From: the human T2T-CHM13v2.0 reference genome, Homo sapiens
Assembly (NCBI RefSeq): GCF_009914755.1
Contig: NC_060947.1
Length of the DNA: 64,000 nt
Reading direction: 5' to 3' (one strand)
The position numbers and the translations under genes are program-made. Of this stretch, positions 34,625-47,840 are shown in pieces. The notes under the pieces were generated by a model. It made no database searches. It saw only the letters and a list, made by a program, of their open reading frames with translations, and was not told the DNA's origin. Positions within the stretch are counted from its first letter, which is position 1, and every line of letters begins with the position of its first letter.

Positions 34625-35688
34625 AAATGTTTCCTATTGCCTCACTTTGTGTCCAACAAAACTGTATTCCTACCTTAGGAAAAGAATTATCCAACTAGCT
34701 TCAGTATCACTTCGGTGGAAGCTGAATAGAAAGGAATGCTTCAGGAACATCTATTTGTTCTTGTTCCTATTGGTTGTAATACCAGAAGATCCTTTAAAGA
34801 AATATACTTGCATTCAGACAGCAAACTCCCATGTATGTGACAGCGAGGCAGGTGTGAACTGATTAATGTGACTGATGTGTTCTGAAAAACTGGCCATAAA
34901 GTGTTTCAAAATGCACCAGAAAAGCTTGTTACATAAAGAATTATGTTGAAGCATTTTGTCAATATCTGCCCCTACTTTATATGTAAATCCAAGCATTCAC
35001 ATATTGGGTTTGCTTAAAGCACAACACACTGCCTACTATTTTCTTTGGCATCATAAAATGTTCAAGAAAACAAATAACACGTTTTTATTTTAAACAAGCA
35101 GTTTATTAACAATAGGCTAAAAGCTAAGGCCCCAAACATGAACCTTTTAACAGGAAAATTGGTAACATTTGTGACAATAAGTGATACTGACCAAGCTGAT
35201 CCCAGCAGAAGAGCTTCAGCAACATCCCATCTTCTCTACAGTACTGATTTTAGTCTTATGCTATTGATAACTTTTAAATGAGTTCTTACCGTTGAGGGAA
35301 GAAGGACACAAGAATGGGACAATTAAAAATGAAATGATAGAAAATTCCACTTGAGCTTGATCTTATTCTGTGTAACAGGACCTTGGGGGATATAGAAAAA
35401 AATCAGAACTCCTGTCCATCTAGGCCCCAGAGGAAAGACTTGGCTCTGTTAGACTTCATCCTTCTGTGCCCAGTCTGCCACTCGCTGGTTCTTAAGAGAT
35501 AGAGTACACTTAAAGGCACAAGCCAGTCCTTCCAAGACAGTCCTGCCCAGAATCCCTGCATAATTTTTCTCTGGAGAACCGAATTGAGCCATCTTAAAAG
35601 AAGCTTCTGTTTGCAGTTGTACCCCAGGCCTTTGTTAGAACCAAAGCCAACACTTACTGCATCCTCTCTTCTGGGATCCACTCTGGCT

Positions 35689-35993
35689 TTTTTTTTTTTT
35701 TTTTTTTTTTTTTGAGACGGAGTCTTGCTCTGCCGCCCAGGCTGGAGTACAGTGGCGCAATCGGCTCACTGCAAGCTCCGCCTCCCAGGTTCACACCATT
35801 CTTCTGCCTCGGCCTCCCGAGTAGCTGGGGCTACAGGCACCCGCCACCATGCCCTGCTAATTTTTTTGTATTTTTAGTAGAGACGGGTTTTCACCATGTT
35901 AGCCAGGATGGTCTCGATCTCCTTACCTCATGATCCACCCACCTCGGCCTCCCAAAGTGCTGGGATCACAGGTGTGAGCCACCACGCCTGGCC
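35689..35993 (-). mobile_element. AluY
   Basis: TSD CCACTCTGGCT 35678-35688/35993-36003. Confidence 0.95.
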
Positions 35994-37246
35994 CACTCTG
36001 GCTCTTTTGAGTTCTCCAGGGCCAAAGATGCCTCCCTAGAAGATAACACCAGTTGAAAAACGAGATATGAACAAGAGAAAGGAAGGAAAAATGCCCTAGA
36101 CTCCCAGAAGCCTAAACTTTTCCATGTTCTCTTATGTTTTATGATTTCTTCATTCCCAGGAGGGCCTGAGGTGGGATGGGAAGGGGCTGGTGTCAGTACT
36201 CCCCATATTGACTTCTTCAGGTAATGTAGATTTCCTAGCCAGACTTGTCTGTGGTCAGCTCAATGCAGAGGTATGTTCTGGTCAAGGTAGAGAAGTGTAA
36301 GTTCTGAGGAGCCCTGCCTCTGTATCTCTGAGGCCCCTTCTCCCACCCTTTACAGTTTTTGGTTACTGATTTTCCCATTTCAACCTATACTCACATTGAC
36401 TGGTCATACACGTTTCCTGTCCACTTACACACATATATTATCAAATGTCATCGTTGCATTACAAAGACCTGAAAAAATTCTACTCCATTTATTGAAGTAC
36501 GGCCTCCCAAATTGCACCCCTTTGCAGAATACTTCCTACCTTCTAGTAAGTCAATATCAACAATTTCTGGACACTACAAATGCTGCAAAGGGCCGAAATA
36601 GCCCACTTGCCCTAAATCCAGTTTTGCTACAGAAATCTTGCTTCTCTTGGATTTTAGAAGGGCATTATGGTGATATTCGATACAGTCATGGGAACAGGGG
36701 AGATCATTGCACCTTTGGCCTATCAGGATGTCTGTTGCCACTGGTAGAAGGCAACTCTACAGTCTCAGGACTGTGTGTTTCTTCTGCGAGCTGAAATGAA
36801 CACTCTCATAAGAAGATAGTTGTTATTAGGGAAGGGGGAGCAATATGTCCACAAATGGAGTTAAGCCCTTCTGCTTAAGCAGTCTACAGTGATGAGCTCC
36901 CATTGGACAGAGAAAAGGATGGGGAGAGGAAAAGAAGGAAAAGAGAGGAATGAAGGCAGAGAAGGGTTAAATGGCTAATTATGAGAGTCGAAGTGGTTAC
37001 CTTTTCATCTCCTGGCCGGAACATCATGTATCCTCTTCCCATATTAACTGTGGACTTGATCTTCCATCCTGATTTGGGAAGTCACTTATGCCCAAACTAA
37101 GACTGCAGTCATGTCTTCAGAAAATATGAGCCATGTTCTTGCACCTTGTAGGCTGATCCCAGAAAGGACAGACAGTGTATCAGCAGCTCCTCATTGAGCT
37201 GGTCACTGATCCAAAGGCCAAGCCAGTGTCCATTGAGTGTTCATTA

Positions 37247-37698
<452 letters not shown>

Positions 37699-37865
37699 TT
37701 ATAGGCAAGTAAACTATGGCACAGGGTGGTTTTGTTACTTACCAATGGTCATGCTGATTAAGATCTGGGCCAGAGCCCGCATGGATTCCAAAGCCCACAA
37801 TCTTACCCACTGTTACGGGCCGCCCATTGTGTAGTGCCACAGACCCAAGAGAACAACTCAGTTCA

Positions 37866-38642
37866 TAAATGCAAATCGAAACTACGATGAGATACCATCT
37901 CACACCAGTCAGAATGGTAATTATTAAAAAGTCAAGAAACAACAGATGCTGGTGAGGCTGTGGAGAAATAGGAATACTTATACACTGTTGGTGAGAATGT
38001 AAGTTAGTTCAACTATTGCAGAAAACAGTGTGGTGATATCTCAAAGATCTAGAACCAGAAATACCATTTGGCCCAGCAATCCCATTACTGGGTATATACC
38101 CAAAGCAATATAAATCATTTTATTACAAAGATACATGCACACATATGTTCACTGCAGCACTATTCACAGTAGCAAAGACACGGAATCAACCCAAATGGAC
38201 ATCAATGATAGACTGGATAAACAAAATGTGGTACATACACATCATGGAATACTATACAGCCATAAAAAGGAACAAGATCATGTCCTTTGCAGGGACATGC
38301 ATGGAGCTGGAAGCCATTATCCTTGGCAAACTAACACAGGAACATTGCGTCTTCTCACTCTTAAGTGGGAGCTGAACAATGAGAACAATGAGACACAGGG
38401 AGGGGAACACCACACACTGGGGCCTGTCAGAGGGGTGGTGGGAGGGAGAGCATCAGGATAAATAGCTAATGCATGTGGGGCTTAATACCTAGGTGTCAGG
38501 ATAAATAGCTAATGCATATGGGGCTTAATTCCTAGGTGATGGTTTGACAGGTGCAGCAAACCACCACAGCACGTTTACCTATGTAACAAACCTGCACATC
38601 CTGCACATGTATCCCAGAACTTAAAATTAAATTTTAAAAAAA
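37866..38642 (+). mobile_element. 5'-truncated L1PA (PA11-13-like) 3' end
   Basis: atgcaaatcgaaactacgatgagataccatctcacaccag...gtaacaaacctgcacatcctgcacatgtatcccagaacttaaaa. Confidence 0.93.
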
Positions 38643-38689
38643 TGTCTGGTGGAGAACGTCCAGTAATGTTGACAGCAAAACAACAGCAA

Positions 38690-38890
38690 CCATTTATTGA
38701 ATGTGAACTATGTGCTGTGCACTGTGCTAAGCATTACCTTATTTAGTTCTGAAGTCGGTGCTATTATTACCCAGCTTTTACACGGCAGCTCAGAAAAATA
38801 AAGTGACTTGTTCAAGGTCATGTGGTTAGGAAGCAGGGAGGCTGGGCTTGGGATCCAGGCTGTCTGCCCCACAGCTGTTGTTCTTACTCA
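38690..38890 (-). mobile_element. MIR
   Basis: catttattgaatgtgaactatgtgc...aagtgacttgttcaaggtca. Confidence 0.75.
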
Positions 38891-39249
38891 CTCTGTGAGT
38901 TAGGGTGCCTCTCATAAAGCCCACCATTCTCCTCACTTCTCGGGCCTTGATTCCTGTGCCTTATCATATTCTAACTCTAGTCCCTCCAAACCTGCCTCCT
39001 CTTCTGTCTTTGGGGTCCTCCTCCATGAAGGCCTCTCTCCCTAATGACTACAAGCTCTGGGGCCCCTTGATTATCAACACAGCTTGCCCAACTTGTTCTT
39101 CTCCCTACTCACCTCTGTGGCCGATTTGATTTATTTTTGCATTAAAGAAAAAATAGGAGTATAGATTTGGAGATTCAAAAGGCAAAATAAAAGATAAACG
39201 TTGAAAGCTACATACATACAGATGTATGTTCTAGAGTCATACATCCCAG

Positions 39250-40483
39250 TGTGTCCGGAATTGGTGGGTTTGGTCTCACTGACTTCAAGAATGAAGCCAT
39301 GGATCCTCGCAGTGAGTATTACAGTTCTTAAAGATGGTGTGTCCGGAGTTTGTTCCTTCAGATGTTCAGATGTGTCCGGAGTTTCTTCCTTCTGGTGGGT
39401 TCGTGGTCTCGCTGACTTCAGGGGTGAAGCTGCAGACCTTCGTGGTGAGTGTTACAGCTCATAAACGTGGCAGGGACCCAAAGAGTGAGCAGCAGCAAGA
39501 TTTATTGCCAGGTGCAAAAGACCAAAGCTTCCACATCCTGGAAAGGGACCCCAGCAGGTTGTCCCTGCTGGCTAGGGCAGCCTGCTTTTATTCCCTTATC
39601 TGACCCCCACCCACATCCTGGTCCATTTTACAGAGAGCTGATTGGTCCGTTTTGACAGGGTGCTAACTGGTGTGTTTACAAACCTTGAGGTAGACACAGA
39701 GTGCTGATTGGTGGATTTACAATCCTTTAGCTAGACACAAAAGTTCACCAAGTCCCCACTAGATTAGCTAGACACAGAGCACTGATTGGTGCATTTACAA
39801 ACCTTGAGCTAGACACAGAGTGCTGACTGGTGCATTTACAAACCTTGAGCTAGACACAAAGTGCTGATTGGTGCATTTATGAACCTTTAGCGAGACAGAG
39901 AGTTCCGATTGGTGCGTTTACAATCCTTTAGCTAGACACAAAAGTTCTCCAAGTCCCCACCAGATTAGCTAGACACAGAGTGCTGACTGGTGCGTTTATA
40001 AACCTTTAGCTAGACACAGAGTGCTGATTGGTGCGTTTACAAACCTCTAGCTAGACACAGAGTGCTGATTGGTGTATTTACAATCCTTTAGCTAGACAGA
40101 AAAGTTCTCCAAGTCCCCACCAGAGGCAGAAGCCCAGCCAGCTTCACCTTTCAGTGGCCCTCGCCGCCGCGGGACTTTGCAGCACCTAGCCCTGGCACTC
40201 CGGCAGCCCAGAGGGAGCTCGTCCCCGATCAAGCCCAACAGGTGCCGGCGCCCACCTGGAACCCACGCTGGCCCGTGAGCGTGAGCGCTGCGTGTAGCCT
40301 GCTCCCCTCTACGCCTCTCCCTCCACACCTCCCCGCAAGCAGAGGGAGCCAGCTCCGGCATCGGCCAGCCCCAGAGAGGGGCCCCCACAGCGCAGTGGAG
40401 GGCTGAAGGGCTCCTCAAACGCCGCTGAGGCCGAGGAGGTGCCCGAGAGTGAGTGAGGGCTGCTAGCACTTTGTCACCTCTCA
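39250..40483 (-). mobile_element. Solo LTR12-family (ERV9) LTR
   Basis: TG...CA termini (tgagaggtgaca / ccaattccggacaca on the - strand); CCAAT-containing tandem repeats; 4-bp TSD CCAG 39246-39249/40484-40487. Confidence 0.95.
39555..39650 (-). promoter_or_regulatory. LTR12 core promoter pointing left, toward the LONRF3 3' end
   Basis: Reverse complement CCAAT...GATAAGGGAATAAAAGCAGGCTGC (TTTTATT at 39586-39592). Confidence 0.65.
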
Positions 40484-41050
40484 CCAGTGCTGAGGGAGGC
40501 CTTAAGAAATCATTCAGCCCAGCTAAATCTCCTGCTTTCAGCCACTATTATTTTTCCCATTTTGCAGATAAGAGAACTATGGTTGCACAACAGTGTTCAA
40601 GATCACTCCATGAGTTAGTGGCCAAATGAGACAAGAGCCTAAAATGTAATGCACACTCAACACACTAGAAGAAGCTCACAGCTGGCCCTCCCCACCCCGA
40701 GTGTTCTGATGTGTGGCTTCTTGGACATGGAACTTTCATTGGGAAGAACAAAGAATTTTTTAAAGAGCTACAGCCTATTTGGAAAGTCCCCTTTAGGGAC
40801 TGCTCTCTCTCTGACCCTCCCTGACCCAAACTTCTCTTTAGATTGCTTCCCTGTTCTAGGAACCTTTCTCTCACACAATCTGTTACTTAGGAGAAATCTT
40901 CCACTCCATTCACAGAAGTTTGGGTTTCATGAAAGTGAGGCAGACTGCTTTTGGCTGAAAAAGAGGAACCTCATGCCTGCCAACTCACACACCCTGTGCC
41001 CCCAGTCATTCAGGTGATCATGGAAGGAGTTGGAATGGCTATCACAGTTA

Positions 41051-42599
41051 TGAGAGGTGACAGCGTGCTGGCAGTCCTCAGAGCCCTCGCTTGCTCTTGG
41101 CACCTCCTCTGCCTGGGCTCCCACTTTGGCGGCATTTGAGGAGCTCTTCAGCCCACCACTGCACTGTGGGAGCCCCTTTCTGGGCTGGCCAAGGCTGGAG
41201 GCCACTCCCTCAGCTTGCAGGGAGGTGTGGAGGGAGAGGCACCAGCGGGAACCGGGGCTGCGTGCGGAGCTTGCACGCCAGCTGGAGTTCCCGGTGGGCG
41301 TGGGCTTGGGGGGCCCCGCACTCAGAGCAGCTGGCCAGCCCTGCTGGCCCCAGGCAATGAGGGACTTAGCACCCGGGCCAGTGGCTGCGGAGGGTGTACT
41401 AGGTCCCCCAGCAATGCCAGCCCACCGGTGCTGTGCTTGATTTCTCACCGAGCCTTAGCTGCTTTCCCGCAGGGCAGGGCTCGGGAACTGCAGCCCACCA
41501 TGCCTGAGCCTTCCACCCACTCCATGGGCTCATGTGCGGCCTGAGCCTCCCCGATGAGCACCACCCCCTGCTCCACTGGCGCCCAGTCCCATCGACCACC
41601 CAAGGGCTGAGGAGTGCAAGTGCATGGCGCGGGACTGGCAGGCAGCTCCACCTGCAGCCCCGGTGTAGGATCCACTAGGTGAAGCCAGCTGGGCTCCTGA
41701 GTCTGGTGGGGATATGGAGAGTCTTTATGTCTAGCTCAGGGATTGTAAACACACCAATCAGCACCCTGTGTTTAGCTCAAGGTTTGTGAGTGCACCAATC
41801 GACACTCTGTATCTAGCTGCACTGGTGAGGCCTTGCAGAACCTTTGTGTCTAGCTCAGGGATTGTAAATACACCAATCGGCACTCTGTATCTAGCTCAAG
41901 GTTTGTGGATACACCAATCAGCACCCTGTGTTTAGCTCAAAGTTTGTGAGTGCACCAATCGACACTCTGTATCTAGCTGCTCTGGTGGGGCCTTGGAGAA
42001 CCTGTGTGTCGAACCTCTGTATCTAACTAATCTGATGGGGACTTGGAGAACCTTTGTATCTAGCTCAGGGATTGTAAATGCACCAATCAGCGCCCTGTCA
42101 AAACAGGCCACTGGGCTCTACCAATCAGCAGGATGTGGGTGGGGCCAGATAAGAGAATAAAAGCAGGCTGCGGAGCCAACAGTGGCAACGCGCTAGGGTC
42201 TTCTTCCACGCTGTGGAAGCTTTGTTCTTTCACTCTTTGCAATAAATCTTGCTACTGCTCACTCTTTGGGTCCACACTGTTTTTATGAGCTGTAACACTC
42301 ACCACGAAGATCTGCAGCTTCACTCCTGAGCCCAGCGAGACCATGAGCCCACCGGGAGGAACGAACAACTCCAGACGCTCTGCCTTAAGAGCTGTAACAC
42401 TCACTGCGAAGGTCTGCAGCTTCACTCCTGAGCCAGTGAGACCATGGACCCACCAGAAAGAAGAAACTCCGAACACATCTGAACATCAGAAGGAACAAAC
42501 TCCAGATGTGCCACCTTAAGAGCTGTAACACTCACCGTGAGGGTCCGCAGCTTCATTCTTGAAGTCAGTGAGACCAAGAACCCACCAATTCCGGACACA
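41051..42599 (+). mobile_element. Solo LTR12C (ERV9) LTR
   Basis: tgagaggtgacagcgtgctggc...ccaattccggacaca; U3 CCAAT repeats; 4-bp TSD GTTA 41047-41050/42600-42603. Confidence 0.96.
42121..42200 (+). promoter_or_regulatory. LTR12C core promoter (CCAAT 42121, GATAAG 42148, AATAAAA TATA-like 42156)
   Basis: Motif order matches the established ERV9 LTR promoter. Confidence 0.7.
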
Positions 42600-43282
42600 G
42601 TTACGACTAAAATCAGACTTTGGGATCCTGATCCAGCATAGACAGCCCTTCAGCCTGCAGTGCTTTCCACTGCATTTATTAATTCATTAATCCATCCATC
42701 AAATATTACTACAGTGCAGTGGTTGAGATCACAGACCCTAGAGTTAGACTGTTTACCTTAGAATCTTGCCCCCACCACTTACTATCTATGTGTTAAAGAA
42801 ACTGTTCCTGTTTCCACATCTGCAAAACAATTGTGTCTACTTCATAGGACAGGTCATCAAAATATTTCCTGTAATTTTCCCACCCAAAATAGACATACAT
42901 TATCTTTTTAAACAGGAAGACAAGAAGCAAGAGATTTCAGGACTGGGGTCACAGGTTCAACAATCCCATCCAAGTGCCTGGTCTATCTTTCCTGAATGTT
43001 TTTAAAGCCCCATGGTGAAGTAGATTCACAAAAGCAGCAAGTCAATCCAGTCCTTTCTGCTGGGGACCAGATGCCTTAAAGGGAGGGTTTTTTGTTGGCT
43101 AACAGGTCTAAACCCACAGATGAAGGAATTTTTAAAGGGAGAAAGGGGGAATTCTAGTGCTCACGCCTACCTCAAGGTTCAAATGTGAGGATGTTCACTT
43201 ACAGAAACTGCCAGGAAAATAGAGGCTCAGCTATCATGGTAATTCTTAGTCCAGGCCCTAAAAGGGCATTAACATCTCTAAT

Positions 43283-43720
43283 TTATTCATTTATTAATGG
43301 AACAAACATTTGCAGGACACATATCATATGCTAGGCATTGGGCTATAGAGAGGAATACAACACTATCCCTGCCCTTGAGAAGTTTGCAGCCAAAGGAAGA
43401 AAACACGGACTTATTCATTACACAGGGCATGGTGGTGGTACCTCACAGGAAAGGCACCTAATGTTGCCTGGGGAGGTGTTCAGGGAGGGCTTTGGGAGGA
43501 GGTGATGCAGGAGCTGAACTCAGAAGAATGAGATGCTTTCCACGTAAGAGAGTAGAGAAGGGTCGAAGCAGATGAGAGAGTAGAGAAGGGCTGAAGAGCA
43601 CTCCAGGCAGACGCAACAACTCATGAAAAACATCTGATGATCCATAGAGAGAGAATTGACCAGTCGTGTGGAATGTTATGAGCAGTTCAGCCTGGTAACG
43701 AACAGGGCTTAAGGTATGCA
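43283..43720 (-). mobile_element. L2 fragment
   Basis: ttattcattt...caaacattt...atgctaggcattgggctatagag...ccctgcccttgagaagttt. Confidence 0.7.
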
Positions 43721-43851
43721 AGTTCCTGACAGGGGAGCAGGGCCTGGTTTCTCACGGTTTTGTTTCATTCCAATTAAAATCTGGTCTCCAAGGGGGTCTC
43801 CAAGGAGGTCTGTGCAGCAGGCTTTTGAGTGAGGGGGAGAGGGTTGGCCTA

Positions 43852-44407
<556 letters not shown>

Positions 44408-44484
44408 TTATATGACCTGGAGGCTTTGGGATAACGGACCCAGATGAATCTCTTCACCTTGATCAACCAAAGACAAACCAGGGC

Positions 44485-44893
44485 TCTGGCATACTAGAAC
44501 TGGCTCATACTAGCTCATGAGAGCTGATCATTAAGACTTCAAAAATTTTGAAAGCCAGCTGTTAAACACAGCCATTATTTAAAAAAAAATTATCTAAACT
44601 TACAATTAAGTAACATTAAAAACAAAGTAATAAATACTCAAAACCTATTGCTTCCTAATTATTTTACTACTTTTAATGTTATCTGTGCTCTTGAAGGTAT
44701 TTAGGTCTACTGCATCTGTGTGGTGGCAATGCTACTATAGAATGGTGTGCCGCTAAGCAGCTCTTCCCAACTCCACGTTCAGTGATGTCAGGGTGGTAGC
44801 TGAAATCGGCAAGGTGGGAGTATTTACATCACACTAGAAATGAAGGCACGCCTCACAGAGAACTGGTTGTTACATTTTTCCAGCACACCACTG
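44485..44893 (+). mobile_element. MER63B-like (hAT-Blackjack)
   Basis: gttaaacacagccattatt...cttcccaactccacgttcagtgatgtca...ccagcacaccactg. Confidence 0.85.
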
Positions 44894-45351
44894 CCTCTGG
44901 GCATGCTTCCTTTCTCTGTCTTTATGCTTACTTCCAATGCCAATAGGGCTGTTTTCAGGAAAAAGGAACCCCCGCAACTAATTCACATGGATATGTAAAG
45001 TGCTAAGAGTCCAGATTTCTGGTCTTGGTTTTTAGGTAATTTATTTGCACTTTAACAGAGATCTGCCAGAGACACCATCCATAATGGTGTGGTTGAGAGA
45101 TATGTTATTGAAATGTGCGTAATAAACAACACTCTCCTACATTTTTGCTTACGGCCATCCCTCCAGCTCACCCCCTTCAAACCACAAGATAGAAATTATT
45201 TCCCCTGCCTAGGATTTCAGTGGAATAAAGCAGTTGAATCCCTCATCATTCATCCCACTAAGGCCATGACAAGATGGACTGAGAGGTCCCCAGCCCAGGA
45301 ACTCCCAGCTAGAGAAGTTTCTGTGCACCACCACGACACAGGGGTAAATAA

Positions 45352-45360
45352 CAACAACAA

Positions 45361-45402
<42 letters not shown>
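45352..45402 (+). repeat. (CAA)4(CAG)12CAA trinucleotide repeat
   Basis: Counted directly. Confidence 0.97.
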
Positions 45403-45605
45403 ATATGTATTTACAGCTTCCTATATAACAGGCAAAGTACTTTTTAACACAACAGTCCAATAGGTCAAGTACTACTATCATCCCCATTTTATAGAAGAGG
45501 AAACCAAGGCTCAGAGAGGTTAAGGAACTTGTTTGAAGACACACAGCAATGGAGCAGTGGAGGGGGATCTGAATGTGGGCAGGCTGCTTCCAGAGCACTC
45601 CTTCT
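45403..45605 (-). mobile_element. MIR
   Basis: atcatccccattttatagaagaggaaaccaaggctcagagaggttaaggaacttg. Confidence 0.85.
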
Positions 45606-45655
45606 TCGTGTTAGAGAACTTTCTCCCATTAAAGTTGTCCTCGTGGCTCTTCCCA

Positions 45656-45994
45656 TGTTGGGAGAAAAGCTGAGTGTTGGGAGAGAAGCTGAGGCAGGGC
45701 TTGCATGTCTGGTAGACTTGCTGGCCCCTTGCTTCTAGCACTCCCATTATCTCAAGTAGCCATATATTTCTCATTCACTTGATACACTGTTTCCTTTCAA
45801 CCCCCACATCCTCACCAACTGTTTCTTTGATCACCAATAAATAGGGTGAGCTCCCAGAGCTCGGGGCCTTTGCAGCCTCCATACTCACGATGGCCCCCTG
45901 GTCCCACTTTCAATCTCAAACTTTTTCTCATTCCTTTGACTCCACCAGACTTTGTTGCCCCCATGACCTGGTGTTGGGTCTGATCACCCCAACA
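45656..45994 (+). mobile_element. Solo ERVK LTR (LTR14A-like, HERV-K14/HML-1)
   Basis: TGTTGGG...CCCAACA inverted termini; AATAAA; 339 bp; 6-bp TSD TTCCCA 45650-45655/45995-46000, typical of betaretroviruses. Confidence 0.85.
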
Positions 45995-46249
45995 TTCCCA
46001 TAGCTCAGCCCAGACTCATTGCTGCTCTCTCTGACCAGCCCATTTCCTCTCCCTGTCCATTGTGGGCCAGCACACCTGGAAACTTTGATTGGTTGCTGAA
46101 CTTGACTGTTATAAATGAGAAAATTACAGAAGCTGAGAAAGTCCCAGGCCATTTTCATTTTACGATCTTTCTAATGTATTAAAGCAGACAAATGAACAAA
46201 CAAAAAATGAGGAAATGTCAAAGAAAAAGTTAGAAAATATGTGGAAATA

Positions 46250-46553
46250 TCATGCCTGTAATCCCAGCACTTTGAGAGGCTGAGGTGGGTGGACCACTTG
46301 AGCTCAGGAGTTCGAGACCAGCCTGGACAACATGGTGAAACCCTGTCTCTGTAAAAAATACAGCAACAAAAAAAAATTGGCCAGGCATTGTGGCACGTGC
46401 CTGTGGTCCCAGCTACTCGGGAGGCTGAGGTGGGAGGATAGCTTGAGCCCAGGAAGTGGAGGTTGCTATGAGCTGAGATTGCACCACTGCACTACAGTCT
46501 GCATGAGAGAGTGAGATCTTGCCTCAAAAACAAATAATAATAAAGATAACAAA
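46250..46553 (+). mobile_element. AluJ (slightly 5'-truncated)
   Basis: gggaggatagcttgagcccagg; degenerate TSD agaaaatatgtggaaata/agagaatttgtgaaaata. Confidence 0.9.
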
Positions 46554-46632
46554 AGAGAATTTGTGAAAATACATTCACACATTTAATACACAGCAACTTA
46601 ATGCAATATAAATTTGCTATTTATAAGATAAA

Positions 46633-46797
46633 CGGAGAGTTGTTCAATAGGGATATTTTTGGTTTTGCAAGATAAAAAAGTTCTAGAGATCTGTTGCACA
46701 ACAATGTGAATATAGTTAATGCAACTGAACTGTATATTTAAAGATGGCTAAGATGGCAAGTTTAATGTTACATGGTTTTTACCATAATTAAAAAAAA
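46633..46797 (+). mobile_element. L1MB-like 3'-end fragment
   Basis: aaagttctagagatctgttgcacaacaatgtgaatatagttaat...actgaactgta...tttaccataattaaaa. Confidence 0.8.
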
Positions 46798-47004
46798 TCT
46801 TTTTGTGAGTATTAAAAAAAATGAGGAAATGCCAAAGATAAGGCTGCAAATATTGTGGTAACACATTTGCGCATTTAATCACAGAGCAGTTTAATACAGT
46901 ATAACTTTGCTCTTTGCAAGATAAATCTAGGATTTATATAAAAATTAATTTGTCCTGCATTATATGCAGTGTGGTCTGGAAAGGAAACACAAGCTTAAAT
47001 GTGT

Positions 47005-47301
47005 TTGTTTTGTTTTTTTTAGACAGGATCTCACTCTGTCACCTGGGCTGGGGTGCAGTGGTGTCATCTCGGCTCACTGCAACCTCCTCTGTGCGGGCTC
47101 AAGCAATCCTCCAGCTTCAGCCTCCCAAGTAGCTGAGACTACAGGCGTGTGCCACCACACCCAGCTAATTTCTGTATTTTTCATAGAGATAGGGTCTTGC
47201 CATGTTGCCTAGCCTGGTCTCAAACTCCTGAACTCAAGCGATCCACCCACCTCAGCCTCCCAAAGTGCTGGAATTATGGGCGTGAGCCACCACGCCTGGC
47301 C
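47005..47301 (-). mobile_element. AluJ
   Basis: Alu consensus; TSD acaagcttaaatgtgt/acaaggttaaatttgt. Confidence 0.92.
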
Positions 47302-47426
47302 ACAAGGTTAAATTTGTATGATGAATGTTGTCTCTGTTCAGTCCTGTCCATAAATCTCTGAATGTATGAAAGATAGCCTTTTTTTTGTGAGATAACCTCA
47401 TAGAGGCCCTTCAAGAATGTAAGGCC

Positions 47427-47840
<414 letters not shown>

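Noticed and set aside
39640-40110. Regularly spaced ~40-bp repeats that look like a CRISPR array (also 41730-42125)
   Set aside because: They are the U3 CCAAT enhancer repeats of LTR12; no unique spacers, no cas genes, eukaryotic context
40927-41675. Cluster of overlapping GC-rich ORFs
   Set aside because: Lie inside the GC-rich U3 of LTR12C where stop codons are rare; no gag/pol/env sequence
45089-45598. Poly-Ser/poly-Ala ORFs across the CAG repeat
   Set aside because: Non-ATG starts in MIR-derived sequence with no exon structure; only the repeat itself is kept as a finding
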